From Dendrobates tinctorius (taxonomy: Eukaryota): a stretch of DNA of 64,000 nucleotides. The notes beneath the pieces are model-generated. The model worked only from the letters and a program-made list of their open reading frames with translations, was not told where the DNA came from and did no database searches. The stretch lies in the NCBI RefSeq assembly GCF_039654945.1, contig NW_027361738.1, forward strand, positions 32,984,001 to 33,048,000. Direction: 5' to 3'. Position numbers and translations under genes: made by a program. The stretch's first letter is position 1. Each line of letters begins with the position of its first letter. This document shows positions 60,254-64,000 of the stretch, piece by piece.

Positions 60254-63200
60254 AAAGGAGATTTTTGTGTACTCACTGTAAAATCTCTTTCTCTTAGCCT
60301 TTAATTGGGGACACAGAACCGTGGGTGTCATGCTGCTGTCCACTAGGAGGCAACACTATGCATAATCTGAAAAAGATTAACTTTGGCTCCTCCTCTGCAG
60401 TATACACCCCTGGACGGCGTCAGCCTTCTCCAGTTTTGTGCAAAAGCATTAGGAGGAATATACCAGAAACATAACCATGCCTGTAAAAAAAGGCTACTAT
60501 AAACAGGCTCAAACAACAATATGAGAACCCAACCGTAACAACGGCCCGCAAGGGCTACAGGGTGGGAGCTGTGTCCCCCAATTAAAGGCTAAGAGAAAGA
60601 GATTATACGGTGAGTACACAAAAATCTCCTTTACTCTGTCGCCTTATTGGGGGACACAGAACCGTGGGACGTCCTAAAGCAGTCCCTGGGTGGGAAGCAG
60701 TGGACGAATATTGTGCTGACAGTCCCCTAGACTTGGGGTACTGCCGCCTGCAGGACCCGTCTACCCAGGCTCGCATCCGCTGAGGACTGGGTATGCACTC
60801 TGTAGTGTTTTGTAAATGTGTGCAGGCTAGTCCAAGAGGCTGCCTTACACACTTGATGTGCTGAGGCTTGATGCCGAATGGCACAAGAGGCCCCTACCGC
60901 CTGCGTAGAGTGTGCCGTGATACCGGCCGGAAGGGGAGAATTGTTGAGGCGGTAAGCCTCTTGAATGGTGGACTTGATCCACCTAGCAAGGGTGGCTTTG
61001 GAAGCCGGTAGGCCCTTGCGAACGCCTTCTGGAAGAAGGAAAAGTGAATCAGACTTCCGGAAGGGAGCAGTCAGACACGTAAATACGCAATGCCCTGACA
61101 AGGTCAAGCGTATGCAGAGGCTTCTCTACCCTATGAACGGGAGCCGGGCAAAGAGACGGCAGTGATATTTCCTCATTAAGGTGGAAGCTGGACACGACCT
61201 TCGGAAGGAAGGATGGTATTGTACGGAGAACCACCTTGTCCTGATGAAAAACCAGGAAGGGTTGTCTGCAGGAAAGAGCTGAAAGTTCAGACACCCTGCG
61301 TAGCGAGGTGATTGCCACCAGGAAAACCACTTTCTGTGATAGAAAGCGGAGTGAGACCACCCTAAGGGGTTCAAAAGGAGGTGACTGTAGTGCTGTCAAG
61401 ACCAGGTTGAGGTCCCACGTCTCCAACGGACGTTTGTAGGGGGGAACCAATTGGGAAACCCCTTGGAGAAAAGTCTTCACTTGCGGCTTGTTAGCAATAC
61501 GCCTCTGAAAAAGCACTGAAAGCGCTGACACCTGGCTCTTCAGCGAGCCCAGGGATAGCCCGGCGTCCAGGCCTGACTGAAGGAACCCGAGGACCTTTGG
61601 AAGAGAATAGGGAAGTGGAATCTGCCCACGAGAGTCGCACCATGTGAAGAAAACCTTCCAGGTACGATAAATCCTGGCTGAAGTTGGCTTTCGAGCCCTG
61701 ATCATGGTTTTAACAACGTCCGGTGAAAAAAACCTGCTTGGGTCAAAACCCAGGTCTCAATGGCCACGCCGTCAAATTGAGAGCCCCTGAGCTCTGGTGG
61801 AAGAACGGGCCTTGTGACAGGAGGTCGGGACGTGTGGGGAGACGCCAGGGAGCGTCTGCTGTGAGTTGCACGACGTCGGCGTACCATGTACGCCTGGGCC
61901 AGTCTGGAGCGATCACAATGGTGGGAACACCCTCTTGTTTGATCTTCCTCAGGGCTCTGGAGATCAGGGGGAGGGGTGGAAAAATGTACAGAAGCTGGAA
62001 CTGGGTCCAGTCCTGAACCAGGGCATCTGCTCCAAGCGATCGCGAATCGCGCGTCCTGGCCATGAAATTGGGAACCTTGGCATTGAGATGGGATGCCATC
62101 AGATCCACGTCCGGGGTCCCCCAACGATGACAGATCTGACCGAAGACTTCAGGATGGAGAGACCATTCCCCCGAGTCCATTCCTTGTCGGCTGAGATAGT
62201 CGGCTTCCCAGTTGTCCACACCCGGAATGTGGACCGCGGAGAGTACCGACCTTGCATCCTCTGCCCATTGTAGGATACGCGTTACTTCGGTCATCTCCTG
62301 GATGCTGCAGGTGCCGCCTTGATGGTTCACGTATGCCACTGCCGTGGCATTGTCCGACTGTACTCTGATATGAGAGTCTGCCAGCAAGTGATGGAAGGCT
62401 TGCAACGCCAGGAAGATGGCCCGAATTTCCAGGATGTTGATGGGCATGGTCGATTCCCTTGGTGACCACCTGCCTTGCGCTCTGTGATGTAGGTGCACCG
62501 CGCCCCAACCCATAAGGCTTGCGTCGGTGGTCAAAACCTTCCATTGACCGGAGAGAAAGGATTTTTCCCTTGCAAGCGAGGTTGGCTTGAGCCACCAGTG
62601 CAGGGACCTCCTGGTGTGTGCTGATAACCGGAACTCCCTGTCGAGGGAGAACGGATTCCTGTCTCAGGACTGGAGGATGGCCAGTTGAAGGGGTCTGAGG
62701 TGAAACTGGGCAAATGGTACCGCCTCCATTGCTGCTGCCATCCTGCCAAGTACTCTCATGGCATACCGGAGAGATCTGGGGGACTTGCGGAGGAGTGTGT
62801 GAACTCCCAGACGGAGAGCCAGTGCCTTGTCCCTGGGGAGGATCACCAGACCCTTGGAGGTGTCGAATAGCATCCCCAGGAAGGTCAGAGACTGACTCGG
62901 GGTAGTCGAGGACTTCCGTAAATTGACTAACCATCCCAGGCGCGTCAGAGTGTCGATCGTGATTGTGACGTTGACCTCGCAGTCCTTGAGGGTGGGGGCC
63001 TTGATGAGAAGGTCGTCCAGGTATGGAACGACTACTATGCCTCTGGAGTGCAGAACATCCATGGTAGCTGCCATGACCTTTGTAAATGTTCTGGGGGCCG
63101 TGGCCAGACCGAACGGGAGGGCCACAAACTGGTAATGGTCTTGGTTGATTGCGAATCTGAGAAACCTCTGATGGGCGGGAGCAATCGGTATATGCAGGTA

Positions 63201-64000
63201 TGCGTCCTGTATGTCTATGGAGGCAAGATATTCTCCCTTTTCCATAGACGCAACGATTGACCGGAGGGATTCCATGCGGAAGTGACGAACTCGAACGTAC
63301 TTGTTGAGTTGCTTGAGGTCTAGTATGGGTCGGACGCTGCCTCCCTTCTTGGGCACCACGAACAGGTTGGAATATAACCCTCGGAAGCGCTCTTCTGCTG
63401 GGACAGGCACTATGACTCCTGCTCGCAGGAGGGAAGAAACCGCTTGACGGAAGGCCTGAGCTTTGAGCGGGGATTTTGGAGGGACAGAGGGAAAAAACCT
63501 GTGCGGTGGGCTGGTAGTAAACTCGATTTTGTATCCTGAAGACACTATTTCCTTGACCCACTTGTCTTCTGTAATAGGCAGCCAGACCTGCTGAAAGAGT
63601 AGCAGTCGTCCGCCTACAAGTGGGGTGTCTTCCAGAGGGCATGAGTCAGGACGAGGGAAAAGTCTGAGGTTTTCCTCCTTTAGGTTTTGCCTGGCTTGCC
63701 TTTGATTGCCAGTTCCTGTCCGGCCTCTGTGCCGCACGTGTGTTGTCCCTGCGGGGGGCACGATTACGGTTTTGTGCTGGGCGTGAGACGGACCAGCCCG
63801 AAGAATTCCGAAAGGATCGGAAACGAGATTGATTACGCCTTTTAAACGTGCGTTTTGGTCTTAGTTGAGGGAGGGAAGTACTTTTGCCCCCGGTGGCATT
63901 GGAAATCATTGTATCCAGCTTTTCACCGAAAAGACGGCCACTGAAGTACGGGAGATTTGTTAGGGACTTTTTTGAGGCCGCATCTGCTTTCCATTCTCTT
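60254..64000 (-). mobile_element. DIRS retrotransposon, family A (diverged subfamily), 3' portion: gag end, RT/RH/MT, YR, ICR, ITR
   Basis: 62664..63761 RT (YLDD), 61743..62534 RH and MT, 61049..61705 and 60727..61107 YR, ICR ~60570-60668, terminus at ~60254. Confidence 0.95.

Overview
Vertebrate genomic DNA, most likely a frog judging from its repeat families (inference). The minus strand carries the last 18 coding exons of KMT2C/MLL3 (LxxLL region, ePHD, FYRN/FYRC, WIN, SET, post-SET). All 18 can be traced with GT-AG sites and consistent phase, from 59673 to the stop at 13158, followed by an AT-rich 3'UTR. Introns and the downstream flank are packed with transposable elements. There are six DIRS-type tyrosine-recombinase retrotransposons from three families, all on the same strand as KMT2C. 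There is also a Neptune-type Penelope element between (TA)n tracts, a ~2.1 kb inverted-repeat Penelope-like insertion with a 15-bp TSD, several Tc1 transposons, Harbinger/hAT/Kolobok/piggyBac/Tc2-type MITEs, a G-rich minisatellite and one assembly gap. The most intriguing signals are four. (1) A U1-type 5' splice site is conserved ~20 nt from the 3' terminus of two divergent DIRS families, with a candidate AG acceptor ~30 nt into the 5' terminus, so the elements look like giant exons whose lost ends are stored in the ICR. (2) All DIRS copies share one orientation, and three are nested in Harbinger MITEs. (3) Penelope repeats carry hammerhead-like motifs. (4) A ~900-bp-arm hairpin sits just past the putative KMT2C poly(A) signal. 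All annotation was done by eye with no searches run; repeat boundaries are approximate.
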